Shown here: one piece after another, positions 23,701 to 36,240 of the stretch
How positions within the stretch are numbered: position 1 is the first letter of the stretch
How the letters are laid out: the number at the start of each line of letters is the position of its first letter
NCBI GenBank assembly: GCA_010909165.1
Contig: MU008172.1
Span: 372,001 to 436,000, forward strand
Reading direction: 5' to 3'
Origin: Anthoceros angustus
Lineage: Eukaryota; Plantae; Anthocerotophyta
DNA length: 64,000 bases
Position numbers and translations under genes: made by a program
The notes under the pieces: model-generated
Told to the model about the DNA's origin: nothing
Databases searched by the model: none
The model's input: only the letters and a program-made list of their open reading frames with translations

Positions 23701-26700
23701 AGGCTTTCACCTGATACTGGAAGTGCCACAGGTTTTACGCAAAGGGTCCTTGCATTAAAAGCTTTGGCTGGATTGCTAGGGTACGTGTAAAGCGCGGCAG
23801 CTTTAACAGGTTTCACTTTGTTAAAAACCTGACAAGACCTGTTCTGTCAGGTTCCTTGTATTCTCGCCAGGAGCTGGAACCCTGCCTCCAGTTCTTGGAC
23901 TTTCTTCGACGGCTTGGACTGTGTCCAGAAATACAATTCCTATTGATGTTGAAGGCACACTGTCTGCAGCAAAAGACAAGGGCATCATGCTTCTAGTGCT
24001 GCCCTGGGTTTTGGAATTTCTTCGTTTGACAAAGGTGTGGGTACTCTCATAAAACCTATAATTTTTGACAGTGGTAAGATTTGTCTTTTAGGTGCTGATC
24101 ATCAACAGCTGTTCAGGCTGATGAGCAAGTACATTATCAACCATATTTCCACAATGCTGTCTGTGCTTTGAGGGATGTGTATAGGCTTCCAATGCTTGAT
24201 CCTCTGCACCCGGATTTTGGGGTAATACAACAGTCTCCTGCCCATACCATGGGTTTTTTTTTCCAGTGCTCTTACGTTATTTGTGGCCTGACTGTGTAAG
24301 TGCCCGCGTAGGTTGGAAGTGTCTGCATCCTCGCTGCTTTGGACAGCTTTTTTGAGTACATGGACCTCCATTCATGCTTCGATAAGAGGATGTCCTCGAA
24401 GGATCAGGTGGCTGAACGCATTGCAAGAAAAGTGGTGCCAGGCGATAAGATTGTGGCAGGACAGCAGTTTATTGGACTTGACAAGGTTCCTGGTATTGTG
24501 GACAATACCTACATTAGGCATTGTTGCCCTATCCTAGTAGTAAGCCACCCACTGTTGTCTCTGTGTTACGTCACAATTGATAGCTGCTTCGTAGTCTGCA
24601 GTAGACAATCTCCAGCTGATGAAACGTGCAGGGCATGAGGATGGAAGTTCTCGAGGGCAAGAAGCGGAGGCAGAGAGTCCCTTCCAACTTGCAAAGTCCG
24701 GGGTCAGGGAGACAAATGCGGAAAATAACTCCTGTGCCTAGTCACAGTGAGTGGCAGCGTGAAAGGGCATCTCCACGGATTTCTGGGAAGAATCTGACTA
24801 CTTGCCATGTGGTGGCTGAACCGGAGACGTTTAAAATCAACCTTCAGGTGTGTGGCTCCTTCTGGTGTATCACAGCCGTCATGGTTCAATAGCATCCTGT
24901 TCCTTGACCAGGGAAGGAATTGGGTTGGATTCTATTGTCCTAGCTCAAATGATGTGTCCAGAGGGCAGTAGAATTGATCTATTGGTGACCCTTCTGTCGG
25001 ATATGTTGCAGAGAAGCTTTTTGGAACAGTGGCCGCAATTGCGGCGACTAGTTGATTTCATAGTTGATATTGTGGCAGTGAACGCTGCATCTGCTGCTGT
25101 CTCAAAGTTTGTACCACAAGTTTTGAAAGGTGCATTGAAGAAGCTTGACAGTACACTGTGTACAGAATCCAGAATGTCTGGAGTGGACTGCCTTAACACC
25201 ATCAGCAGCCCGGAATTGGCTGCGGAACAAGTAAACCCTTGTTGTCACCTTTCTACCAAATGGGATTATTTGCTTCATGGATTGTCTTTGAGAAATATTC
25301 TGAGTTTCTGCTCTTCACTGCCCCCAGATCATTGCATCAGCAATCTGTGAAGCGTTGCTTCCAGCTTCAGATTTCCTGCATAATTATGCAGCAGAGAAGA
25401 CATCTGAAGCTTTATCTCTTCTGGTCTATCCACACGAGGCTTCTTATGCTGTTGGGGTTGCTGCAGGTCTGATTCTCTTCCATCGCAGGGAACCTTGTTT
25501 GCTTGTGCATGTTTGCCACTTCTAGCACACGGCATTTCTGTGAGCCCAAGTTGGAAGGGTCTGGTGCCGTGGGACTTTCAGGCATGTCATGCTTGCTGAA
25601 AATGATGAATGTGAATTAACTTCTCTTGTTGTGATAGGGATCGCGGCCGAAACAGCAAGCATATCAGCATATCAAAAAGCTCTAGCAAGAATGTCAACAG
25701 AAATTAGGAGGCAGATAACTGAAGAAGTCCAACGCTGGAGAACACAACGAGCATTTTTGGATGTCAGGTCAAAGCTGGCTCTTCCTTTCACAGAGTCTAC
25801 CAGCCATATCGCTGGGCCAGAGGCTCCTGCAAGGGGTTCATTTAGGGATCCAGTAAACTCATCACAAGAAGAGATCAGGTCAGGAGATGACAGTCAGCAT
25901 GGTCTGCAAAGGTATCAGACTGTGCAGCTCAATGGAGAATTATCTACTCATCAAAGTCTCGAGCAGCTGACTATTGAAGTTCGAAAAAGAGACTGCAAGG
26001 TGGGACGAGCAATGAAGTTAGCTGCTCCTGTGAAGCGGCAGCTGGCCTTTGCTGGAAGCAGCAGTGACCTATCATACCAGGCCAATGGCAGTGCTTATGT
26101 TCCTCCAGGTAAAGAGCGAGAACTTCGGCTTGTGGACAATATCATTCAGGCATGTTCAAAGGCACGAAGTTGCATTACTTCAGGCCCTTGTGCAGATGAC
26201 GAAAGGAATTTGTTGCGCCAACGGTTGTCGGTTGTCTGCATGGCAATTGAGGCATTGCTGGCTCAAATGGGAGGAATTCCTGCTGGGGGCGCTGACGGAT
26301 TGGTGATTGAGCGAAGTGGAGTGGTTTTGCTTGAAAGATTGTCCTTGATTAGGAGTGCTGATGGTCCCCACCAGTCAACTCCTGGAAAGGTGAAAGTGGG
26401 TGGTAGCTTTACAGCTCCATTCAGGGTTGAATTGGGGCTCATACGACGATCTCTTGCCCTGGCTTTGAGACTGGCCTTTACATCTCCACAGCTGGCCTTT
26501 GGGTTGACACCAAGGACACCGATTCTGCAGTGCTCTTGTAACTCAAAGATGCAAGGAAATGCCGTCTGGAGAATGTTTATGGAATCCTCTCTGAATGCAA
26601 AACCATTTGCTGATGCAGATCGGAAACCAGAATCATCTCCTTATAAGCAGAACCACAATCCAATACAGGGGGTTGGGACATCAGACAGAGAATCTGCAGG

Positions 26701-27115
26701 GTGTGAAGAAGCTCTCCGGTTCTCATCGCAACTTGCAGGCCCCATGCTGGAACTGGTTGAGATGTGGAAGGCCTTGATACAGCAAAAGATCTGCTGTGTG
26801 AAGTTTGTCATGGGTGAACTCTTGGCCCCTTGGCGTTGGGCCTTGGCATTTCATATGGGTTCCTGGCAACCCGACCATTCATGGCTGGAAATACCGAAAC
26901 ACGGTCTCATTGGTGTAATGCTAAACATTATGGGAGAAAGTCTTGGCGTCGAAGAGGTTCAGGACGTTCCATGTCATTTTCTTCGGACCCTGTGTCTGGA
27001 GGTTGAAAGTGAAACAGCTGAAGAACAGGTAAGGAGGTCAGAGGTCAAGAACGTCGCTGCAGCTGTGGGTATGCATATCCTGATGTGGTGCACTCATTTT
27101 GGACGCCTCCATTGA
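20775..27115 (+). CDS. CDAN1: Codanin-1 (CDAN1 / Discs lost) homolog, multi-exon
   Basis: In-order motifs recalled from animal codanin-1: FALSFLHYMRAQ; EDEFPVLG...KRRVTPTQ; ELQFLLQLL; LPFQSARDSRHNF...REQCRDLFYSVIRE; KLQKLHDRL; LKALAGLLGFLVFSP; LVLPWVLEFL; GLDKVPGIVDNTYIRHCCPIL...MRKITPV...LQRSFLEQWPQLRRLVDFIVDIVAVN (Codanin-1_C). The junctions I spliced by hand stay in frame. Confidence 0.8.
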
Positions 27116-28612
27116 ATGCTTGGTGGATCATGGGTCGTCTATTAATTGGGTTCCAGGCGTACCCAACTAATTAAAAGTTGACCAGACCAGACCTACTCGA
27201 GGTTTCAACTTCTGAGCTATGAGGAAAGGGTCTGCTTCGAGGTATGAATCCTGTGTGAAGCAGAATAGGTACCACATATAAACGGTGGATCAGGTTTTGG
27301 GATATGTAAATCTATTAAAATGTCACATAAGTTTTGTTCGTTAAAGTAATCAACATATTACTGGCCTCACAAGCGGTGAAACATGAGTTCCGAGATGCAG
27401 GAGTGGTAATATTTAACTTGGAGATTACGACCGAATTGCATCACTCAGCTTCTCGTTGCACTGATGTACATCGAAACATAACCAATGCTTTCAACCACCC
27501 CATCTCTTCTATTTCTTAAATAAAACACCTACGCTTACCTTTCAACCACTCGGCCATACCTCCTTGTCGCGGAGTGTCCTTTGCTTTCAACCACTCAGCA
27601 TTCCTTGTCATGGAGCATCCATCGTTCCAAAAAATAGATTAATTGATCCATCGGCACGGGACCCCACCTCTCCCTCCTTCCCCCTGTCCCCTTCCCCCTG
27701 CCCCCATCTCATCTACAATGTGGGAACTGGAAATACCAAAAATTAACGAGTTCAACAACACCTGGAAGTTTTCTATTTCGACACAGTATGTAATGGTTTC
27801 CTCAGTACCAGCAGTGAAACATGAGTTGCTACACGCAGGAGTGGTAATACATATGTAACGGACATGTCCCGCAAAATAAACGGTTGTCCCGAAGGAAGGA
27901 CCAACGACATTGCACGGTGGTGGCTACAGTAGGTACTGAGTGTGACACCTGAATTGGTTCTACTGCTTCGTGGTGGGCAAAGAAATCCTCAAAGGAATGT
28001 GGTTGTTCCTACAACGGGTCTTTCCATGCATTATGGAAGGAGTGCTCCCCACCTGAGAGGTAGATTGCCAGGCTGGATTTTGATGTGTTAATGACAGTGA
28101 AAGCTCCCCAGTGACGGCAGCCGCTCCGCCCAAGTGTCCCTCCGGACATCCATATGCAAGGGATGACGTAACTCCAACCAAGAGCCTCCAGAAGTACTTC
28201 AAATTGTTGTGAATCTCGTCGGGTATGCATACATAGTAGTAGGTCAGTCAGCAAGTCCACGCTCCCTGTGAGCTAGATTCTGTGTCAAAAGAAGAGGACC
28301 CTGTGTACTGACTTACCAATGACGTAGACTAGACTGCCAAGCTTTACCAGGTGGTTGAATTGAGAAAAAATTAGTCATTGCAGTATGCAAGTCTTGGGTT
28401 GCTCTCATGGTGAAGAGCGTAAGCACCTCTGCAGAGAGGGGCAGGATCTTTCCGCCGGGTGGAGAAGACGGATGACGCTTTATTCCCTCGTGCAATTGTT
28501 ACATGGCTGCAGCATTGCAAGAATAACATCGCACTATGCACATGTTACCAAGTCTACAAGTCCCTTGAAAGCAGAAGGACTAGAGATCGTTGAGGGAAGG
28601 AGGGAAAGGAGT

Positions 28613-29250
28613 CTAAGGTGAAGAATCCTTGGGCGCATCTTCTTGCACGTCCGAGGTAGACGACGGTGTATAAGTTGCTGGTCCATTAGAGCCCCGAGCT
28701 GCTTCGATGGCTGCTTTCACCATTGCCTTCCTCGCCCTATCTTGCACCTCCTCCTGAATGTCGTTGTATTCAGTGCATGACACGCAAGGCAGAGTCACCA
28801 GCATACAGAACAGCAGCTCACCCACTACCTGAAATTCGCGAACTGTCTTCTGCTGCTCTGCTTGCCGTCTGCCAACGTCGCTCAACAATTCCCCCAAGGC
28901 GCTGCCCACGCGTTCAGTCACTGCCTCCGCCAAAGCTTTGCCAAGGAAGAAAGCATCCAGCACCGCCTTGCTTTCCTGGTTCCCTGCCCAAAGACAGGCA
29001 AGGCCGCAAATTGAGCGCCTCCTCACGCACACAGCAAAGGCGAGGAGCCTCCAGGAAGTAACCCACCTGAGCCATCAGGTTTGCACTGCGCCCTCACCGG
29101 GTTGACAGACGCGGTGCTCATGCGCCTGCGGCAAGCAGCACGCGCAGGGATGGCAGGGCTTAACCTCGAGCACGAGCTCAGAGGAGGAGCACATGAGCTC
29201 CAGCAGCGGGGCTGGGCCATCGTGGACATGCTCATTGTCGTTCCTGCCAT
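28613..29250 (-). CDS. Plastid protein, At4g13200-like; 2 introns
   Basis: Transit peptide; NQESKAVLDAFFLGKALAEAVTERVGSALGELLSDVGRRQAEQQKTVREFQ|EEVQDRARKA. Confidence 0.85.
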
Positions 29251-29366
29251 TCCGATGATGCGACAGCTACGAGCTACAAGGGCATGAGAACTCTCCACCA
29301 CAAAGTGGAACAAGCCCTCGCGCTAGTTAAGCAGGAGACAGTGGAAATCTCCACACGAGCGCTACC

Positions 29367-30820
29367 ATGGCAGCATTGGGTTCCCTACCCTCCTCATTGT
29401 GGACCGGAGCTGCAGCTGGCAGGGCTCAAGTGCAACGTCACGGGCTTGCGGCTGTTTCACATGGCTTCCGCTCACTGTACCCTCTCGGTCCTGCCAGTTT
29501 CGGCACCCAAGCTCATGATTCCACCATTAGGCGGGACTGCTGGAGGCCGCTTCAGGCCTGGCAAAGTGCATTTGGTCCTCTCATTCTGCCCCCACATCCA
29601 GAGCCGGTGCTGTTCCCTCGGAGATTGCTCAACATGAAATTTGCTGTTCTTCTCATGCGCTCTTGCTATGAGGCTGTGGACGCCCTGGACTTCATCCCCA
29701 TGGACAGGTTCCAAGTGAAGGTAAATGCACTTCTGCACTATTCCAGCTCTAGAACATTTGGGACGATTCTCTTTCAGCTGATTCTCTACAGCATGAGTAT
29801 GACAGGCATTCCTCAATGCAGTGACCTGTCAAACTTTCAGTTCTGGAAACTGCGGCGAGATGAGGTGGAGCCCTACACTCTCCAGTACCGGAGCGCGAAA
29901 ATCAAATATGGCGACCTGACTGACCCGGTAAGCTCCCCTGAGCTTGCAGACCTGAGCTTACCCGATCCACTGCAATGGCTTTGGTTTCACTGATGCCTGT
30001 TAATGCAGCTCTATTTCGACTTTATCAGCTTCGCACAATTTGCTACCATCTCCAACGAGATGCGAGTAGGCGAATTGGTGTTTCAAGTAAGGCTCAAATG
30101 CATGCTATGTTGAAAGCTTCTGTCTGCACAGCTTGTGGGAGACGGACATGATGACTATTTTGCCCATGGCGGCAGGAAAAGCTGGGTGTTGATGGTGAAC
30201 TGAGGACTGTCCGCAGAGACGAACGTCTCAAGGATAACTCAACCCTTCCTGCGGCGTTTTACAAAGTGGCTGGAGACCTGATATATGCACGACTTCTGAA
30301 CGGATTCGAAGGCCAAGCATTTGATGCTCCTCTTGCCTGCACGTCTTCCTCACCTTTTACCGAGGTACCCCTTCAGCAGGGTCTGAGATCTACCAACTAT
30401 GTGCTTTGCTGTAGGCAAGTGTTCTAAGAAGATCCTTAGCAGGTGGTGGAAGGTGTTCAAAAGCTGCTACAAGTGTTTGTAGATAAGGGCTATGCCCTTA
30501 AGGCAAGTGTCGAGGACATCCAAGTATCTGGAAACAGTGGGAAATTCCGGGTAAGTGGTTCACTGAAATTGGCTCACCTCAACTTCTCGTCTTGCTTTGC
30601 TGCGAGGCTTATCCCCACCTTTCATTTCATGAGGCAGGTCAGGCTTGAAGGACCTGCCACTCTCTGGGGATCTCTGGAGCTTGCAAGCAGGAATTCTTCG
30701 GTCTCAACTCATTTTGAGGTTTTTGCAATTGATGCCTACATGAGGGCCAGTAGAAGGGTTGCTGTCTACTCGGTCGAGGACTCCAGAACTAGCACTGAGA
30801 GTAGCTGGAGTGTAACCTGA
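29367..30820 (+). CDS. Uncharacterised, probably plastid-targeted protein; about 6 exons
   Basis: Transit peptide; FPRRLLNMKFAVLLMRSCYEAVDALDFIPMDRFQVK|FWKLRR...GDLTDP|LYFDFISFAQFATIS...LEGPATLWG; canonical introns. Confidence 0.75.
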
Positions 30821-30992
30821 ACAGCTGTCTACTATCTTTAGTCTTCCAGCCTTAGGTCACCACAGCTTAGATCATATGGATTGATAGCTCCGCTGGGCCG
30901 TGAGACGAGAGCAAGATTTCTAAAGCCGGAGCGCTAGCCACCACGTAGGAAAGAAACGAGTCCGAGGAGGTTCCGAGAGAAATTTCACATGC

Positions 30993-32001
30993 TCAGTATA
31001 ATGAACCACCACGAAGGCGCCTCGCCAACCGCATGTCTTTAGGCACTGTCATCAATTTACAAGAAACAAGCATAAACCTCACCTTCGAAGAACTCCTCAC
31101 CAGAACATCTTCGGAAATGGGAAATGACAATCTCAGACAAGGGTCGTGGTAGACACATACTTATTGTCACTCTTTTGGCATGAATGGCACACAGATTAGT
31201 GTCATCGAACAGGTTGACTAGATACTCTTCTGTAGCCTGCCAAACCGTCGCAGGCAATTCCCAAAGCCCATGTCAACGACGGACCAATTCATCAAGTGCA
31301 CATTTGCGTCATACACTGCGCATACGAGAAAAGAAGGTCACGATGAAAAAGAACCGTGAGGGAATGGCACCTCACCTCCTGAAGCGCGATCAGAGCTTCA
31401 GCAGTCCAGCGATTGGCAAAAGTGGAATGATTGGCAGCAATCTCCCTCACCTGCGACAGCGAAAATCATGACCTCCTGGCACCAAAGCAGCTATAGCTGA
31501 GCTTCTATCAGGCATGTGAGAAATTGGAAGAAAGGGGCAATTCACAATCGCAATCGCACCAGACGTGCGAATGGCAGTGTCCTGAGAAGAAGCTCGTACG
31601 ATTTTTGATACTTCCTTATCTCCTTGAGAGCAACAGTCCCAGGCCTGGCCCGAACTTTTTGCCCAGGCCGCCTCACAGCCTGAGGCCTTTGATTTTGGCG
31701 TTGATTAGGTCGGCGTGCATTCCTCCCTCCTGCATTTCAACCAAAGGCAATGATGAGATGGAGAGGTAACACGACCGCACCCCGCGCCAATACCAGCACC
31801 CGGATAGCACAAGAAGAGACATTTCCCCGCTCAAATGCATACGAAATTGCTTACAACCAACGGTGAGCTACGGTAAACTTCCTGGCGGGAGCCTCTTGAG
31901 AGGTTTCTGACATAACCTGATGACGAGGGTCCAGCCGTGGAGTTGCGTCTTGCCTGAATCCGAGTGGCGCGTGCCGGCGTTGTGGATTTTCTTCTCGCCA
32001 T
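30993..32001 (-). CDS. CENH3: Centromeric histone H3 variant
   Basis: Spliced product [14 protein letters not shown]...[31 protein letters not shown]|[25 protein letters not shown]|[25 protein letters not shown]|[17 protein letters not shown]. Divergent tail, FARL in place of FQRL, W in place of H3 F84, altered loop 1. Confidence 0.9.
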
Positions 32002-32513
32002 CGCTACAGCAGCTCAGACGGCTAGTTGCTTGCAGGAGTGGCCAAGATTCCCAAACCAGCAACCGGAGGACTCGTCTTGTGCGAAGGTCACCCTTGAAAG
32101 CAACAAGCTCGACGTCATCGATAACAGCTCGCTGTGCCAAGGCGGGAAACTCCACAACCAGCGCCACCAACACCACCAGCAGGCAGCAATTCCATACGAT
32201 GGGCTGGCTTCCTTTTAACGGGCAGATCCCCCTATAGAGGGGAACAAAGCAAGAAAAATATTTCCTCGGACTCTGTTTTATGAAGGCTTCCGAAAAAGAA
32301 ACTACATAGGTAGGTAGTAGTATGTACAATTCTCTATAAATCAAACAACTTGGTCTACAGAGATACCTACATATTAGGTTTGACATCCCGTGGACTCGAC
32401 TCGGCCAGGAAGGGAAGGATTAGCCGATATGTGTATATGATACCACCTCGCCACGCCCAAATCAAAAACGCCTCACATAAGTCCGTCATGCAAGAAGCGC
32501 AGTAAGCTGTATC

Positions 32514-33302
32514 ATGGGGAGCAGCCAGCAGCAAGAGGAGGTGCAGACACGGAAAGCGGAGACAGAGGAGGAGGCTCGGCAACGGTTCCTCCTGGAGCTG
32601 GAATTTGTGCAGTGTCTGGCCAATCCGACCTACATCCACTGTATGAGAAGCGGCTGTGAATTCAGTGTCTTGCTTGGTACCACTGCATCCCCGTGCCTGA
32701 CATGCGGCAAGGTCTTCACTGGCGTGACAGATTTAGCTCAGCATCGGTATTTCGATGACGAGGCGTTTGTAAATTACCTCAAGTACCTACTATATTTCCA
32801 GCGGCCCGAGTATGCCCAGTTCATCGTGTGAGTGACGCTCTTGGAAACCCTAGCTGTATGCCATAGGATGGTTGGTTAGGATGGCGGCGACCTCACCTCC
32901 TGCCCCTCCATGTGTCCAAATCGACAGGTACCCGCACACGCTCTACTTCCTTGTTCAACTGCAAAACCCGAATTTTCGAAGCGCAATGGCGCATACTGGA
33001 AACAAGGTCTGCTCTGCTTCCAGCATCTGCTATGGCTAAGGCTGTTGCTGCTTGTCAGCGTGGGACCTGTAGGGGACGCTTATCCACATCCGTGACTGGG
33101 CTGCCCGCAGGAAGTAGCTCATAGGCAGCAATTCTACTTTTGGAAGCACTACCGCAACAACAGGCTGAAGCACGTCCTGCCCCGGCCCCTCCCCGAAGAA
33201 ACTCCCGCACCTCCTGCACAGCCCGCGCCAGCGCCTGTCAAGGTGGAACCGCCACCCCGACCTGCCGTGGGCGGACGCAGGAAGCGCAAACACAACGGCT
33301 AG
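32514..33302 (+). CDS. MED31: Mediator subunit 31 (SOH1); 4 exons
   Basis: RFLLELEFVQCLANPTYIH|YLAQHRYFDDEAFVNYLKYL...YPHTLYFL...HRQQFYFWKHYRNNRLKH. Confidence 0.95.
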
Positions 33303-35777
33303 CTCCCCTGGCCCCGCGCCTCTCATCATCTGAAAACGCTAGCATCCCAGTCGAATGACCAGTTGGCCTGCATCGCGGCCGCTTCGTGTCGCGGGTAGCG
33401 ACGCATGCCGCCATCAAGTGCCGAGTCCCCACGCGGGTGTAGGTACATACTCGGGAGTGGACACGGCTCTTTTGCGTAGACGAAGATTGGGATCCAGATT
33501 CCAGCTTCGTTCCTTGACTGGATGCTGCAGTGCGGAAAGTTATCACACGCTGTATGACAGCCACATCATCTTCCAAAGTGCACGTAAGTATTTTGTATAG
33601 GTAGATTTTTGCAAACCCCGATGAGACGGAGAAGCTTTGATTTTTTTTTTTCTCAGACCATTTAGGATTTTATACTGTGTTCAGGACTTTAGCTAAGATT
33701 AGGAGGTAGTAAGTGATAACATTATGATTATGATAATGGGGGCTTTTATAGGTGGTCTCGAAGGGGTGTGTCCTTCTGCTAGTCTAGTTCACTAACTATA
33801 CTAACTGCTAGGTTTGCCTGACTGACCAGCACGGTACAGAACCAACGTGGTCTGCTATTATTTCTAACTCTCCCTCTCAGATGGTGCGAGAACAGGAAAG
33901 AGGCTGGGAAGCGTAGAGAGAAGCCGCCCATACAGTAATGGGAAGTGATGAAAACAAATCTTCTTCACAATTTCTTGTCTAAGGATCACAAAGAAAGGTG
34001 TTGGTTAGTGGGGTACGCTCTCAAGCATACTGGTACACTTGAAGAATTTCATTTGCAGTTCAAGAAGGCTATGCTCAAAATACCAGACCTAGAGGAGGAG
34101 GGAAAGCTCGCCAAGTGCTTGACGCCGTCAAGCAGGAGTATAAGCTCAGCATTAAGCAACAAGTAACAAGCATTAAGTATTGCACCACTGTTGAAGAGGT
34201 AATGCAGGCTGCGATGGACATCGAGAATTATGGAGTCAAGCCGGCTAGATGTGCAATTGTGACAACTCAACAGTTTGGGCAAGCCCAAGGACTGCAAGGT
34301 GTGTTTCACAGGCAATACCAAGCTCAAGGAGCCAAGTACAACCCTTCTCACACTTTGAAGCATAGAGGTCCAGAGCCTGCAGCTAGATCCACAGCACATA
34401 CTAGTCAGCAAGTTGAGCTCAAGCCTATCGAATTTAGACAGCATGATGAAAAGGAGAAGAAGGAATAGAAGGCAAAAGGCTTGTGTTTTATTTAATTTGC
34501 TTGATTACATTTCCGCACCTCCTGCACAGCCCGCGCCAGCTCCTGTCAAGGTGGAACCGCCACCCGACCTGCCGTGGGCGGACGCAGGAAGCGCAAACAC
34601 AACGGCTAGCTCCCTGGCCCCGCCTCTCATCATCTGAAAACGCTAGCATCCCAGTCGAATGACCAGTTGGCCTGCATCGCGGCCGCTTCGTGTCGCAGGT
34701 AGCGACGCATGCCGCCATCAAGTGCCGAGTCCCCACGCGGGTGTAGGTACATACTCGGGAGTGGACACGGCTCTTTTGCGTAGACGAAGATTGGGATCCA
34801 GATTCCAGCTTCGTTCCTTGACTGGATGCTGCAGTGCGGAAAGTTATCACACGCTGTATGACAGCCACATCATCTTCAAAGTGCACGTAAGTATTTTGTA
34901 TAGGTAGATTTTTTTGCAAACCCCGATGAGACGGAGAAGCTTTGATTTTTTTTCTCAGACCATTTAGGATTTTATACTGTTCAGGACTTTAGCTAAGATT
35001 AGGAGGTAGTAAGTGATAACATTATGATTATGATAATGGGGCTTTTATAGGTGGTCTCGAAGGGGTGTCCTTCCGCTAGTCTAGTTCACTAACTATACTA
35101 ACGCTAGGTTTGCCCCGACCAGACGCGATGCAGAACGCGTGATCGCTATTATTTCTAACTCTCCTCTCGGATGGTGCGAGAGCAGAAAGAGGCTGGAAGC
35201 GTGAGAAGCCGCCCATACAGAATGGGAAGTGATGAAAACAAATCTTCTTCACAATTTCTAAGGATCACAAAGAAAGGTGTTGGTTAGTGGGCCTCAAGCA
35301 TCGGTACACTTGAAGAATTTCATTTGCAGTTCAAGAAGGCTATGCTCAAAATACCAGACCTAGAGGAGGAGGGAAAGCTCGCCAAGTGCTTGACGCCGTC
35401 AAGCAGGAGTATAAGCTCAGCATTAAGCAACAAGTAACAAGCATTAAGTATTGCACCACTGTTGAAGAGGTAATGCAGGCTGCGATGGACATCGAGAATT
35501 ATGGAGTCAAGCCGGCTAGATGTGCAATTGTGACAACTCAACAGTTTGCAAGCCAAGGCAAGGTGTGTTCAGGCAATACCAAGCTCAAGGAGCCAAGTAC
35601 AACCCTTCTCACACTTTGAAGCATAGAGGTCCAGAGCCTGCAGCTAGATCCACAGCACATACTAGTCAGCAAGTTGAGCTCAAGCCTATCGAATTTAGAC
35701 AGCATGATGAAAAGGAGAAGAAGGAATAGAAGGCAAAAGGCTTGTGTTTTATTTAATTTGCTTCTGATTACATTTCC
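33205..35777. repeat. ~1.3-kb tandem duplication (33205-34512 and 34513-35777) covering the MED31 3' end and a gag relic
   Basis: Near-identical copies that differ mainly by short deletions. Confidence 0.9.
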
Positions 35778-36240
35778 AGGCACTGTCCATATGGATCGAT
35801 GTATGGGAAATGGCTGAGAGGGAGGAGGACAACTGATCCTGCAGGGACAAAAGCCAATGCAGTTGTTGTCAAGGCATATGAATTGCTGGAAATGAGCTCA
35901 GGTGTGAAGGCAGGTGACATGGAGAATTTGGTGAGCAAGGACCTAACCACAGCTGCTAGAATGGAGAGTGATCAGAAGGAGAGTTGTGAGCACCTCAAGC
36001 ATCAATCCTTAATGGTGCAAGGTCTGCTTGGTCGGAAAAAAGTGCTCTTCCTTATAGATGGTGGCTCATCTCACAGCTATGTGAGAGCTGAAGTAGCTCG
36101 AGACCAAAAGCCATGTGGTACTGCACAGAGACAAAGCAGCAGATGCAGTTGGCCAATGGAACAATGGAGCAAATTGTTGTGCATGAGATAATGACAGAAA
36201 TCAGTTTTCAAGAGTATGCTGACTAGATTCGCTTAGAAGT
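33880..36240 (+). mobile_element. Ty3/Gypsy gag-protease relic; gag part present twice because of the duplication
   Basis: WEVMKTNLLHNF...LKHTGTLEEFHLQFKK...TVEEVMQAA (retrotransposon gag); VQGLLGRKKVLFLIDGGSSHSYV (aspartic protease). Confidence 0.8.

Noticed and set aside
24200-24400. Apparent frameshift in the CDAN1 homolog
   Set aside because: Resolved by a GT-AG intron giving in-frame LHPDFG|VGSVCILAALDSFFEY
30993-32001. Canonical H3/H3.3 or H3 pseudogene interpretation
   Set aside because: No ARTKQTARKS tail; CENH3-diagnostic substitutions are present and the histone-fold exons splice in frame
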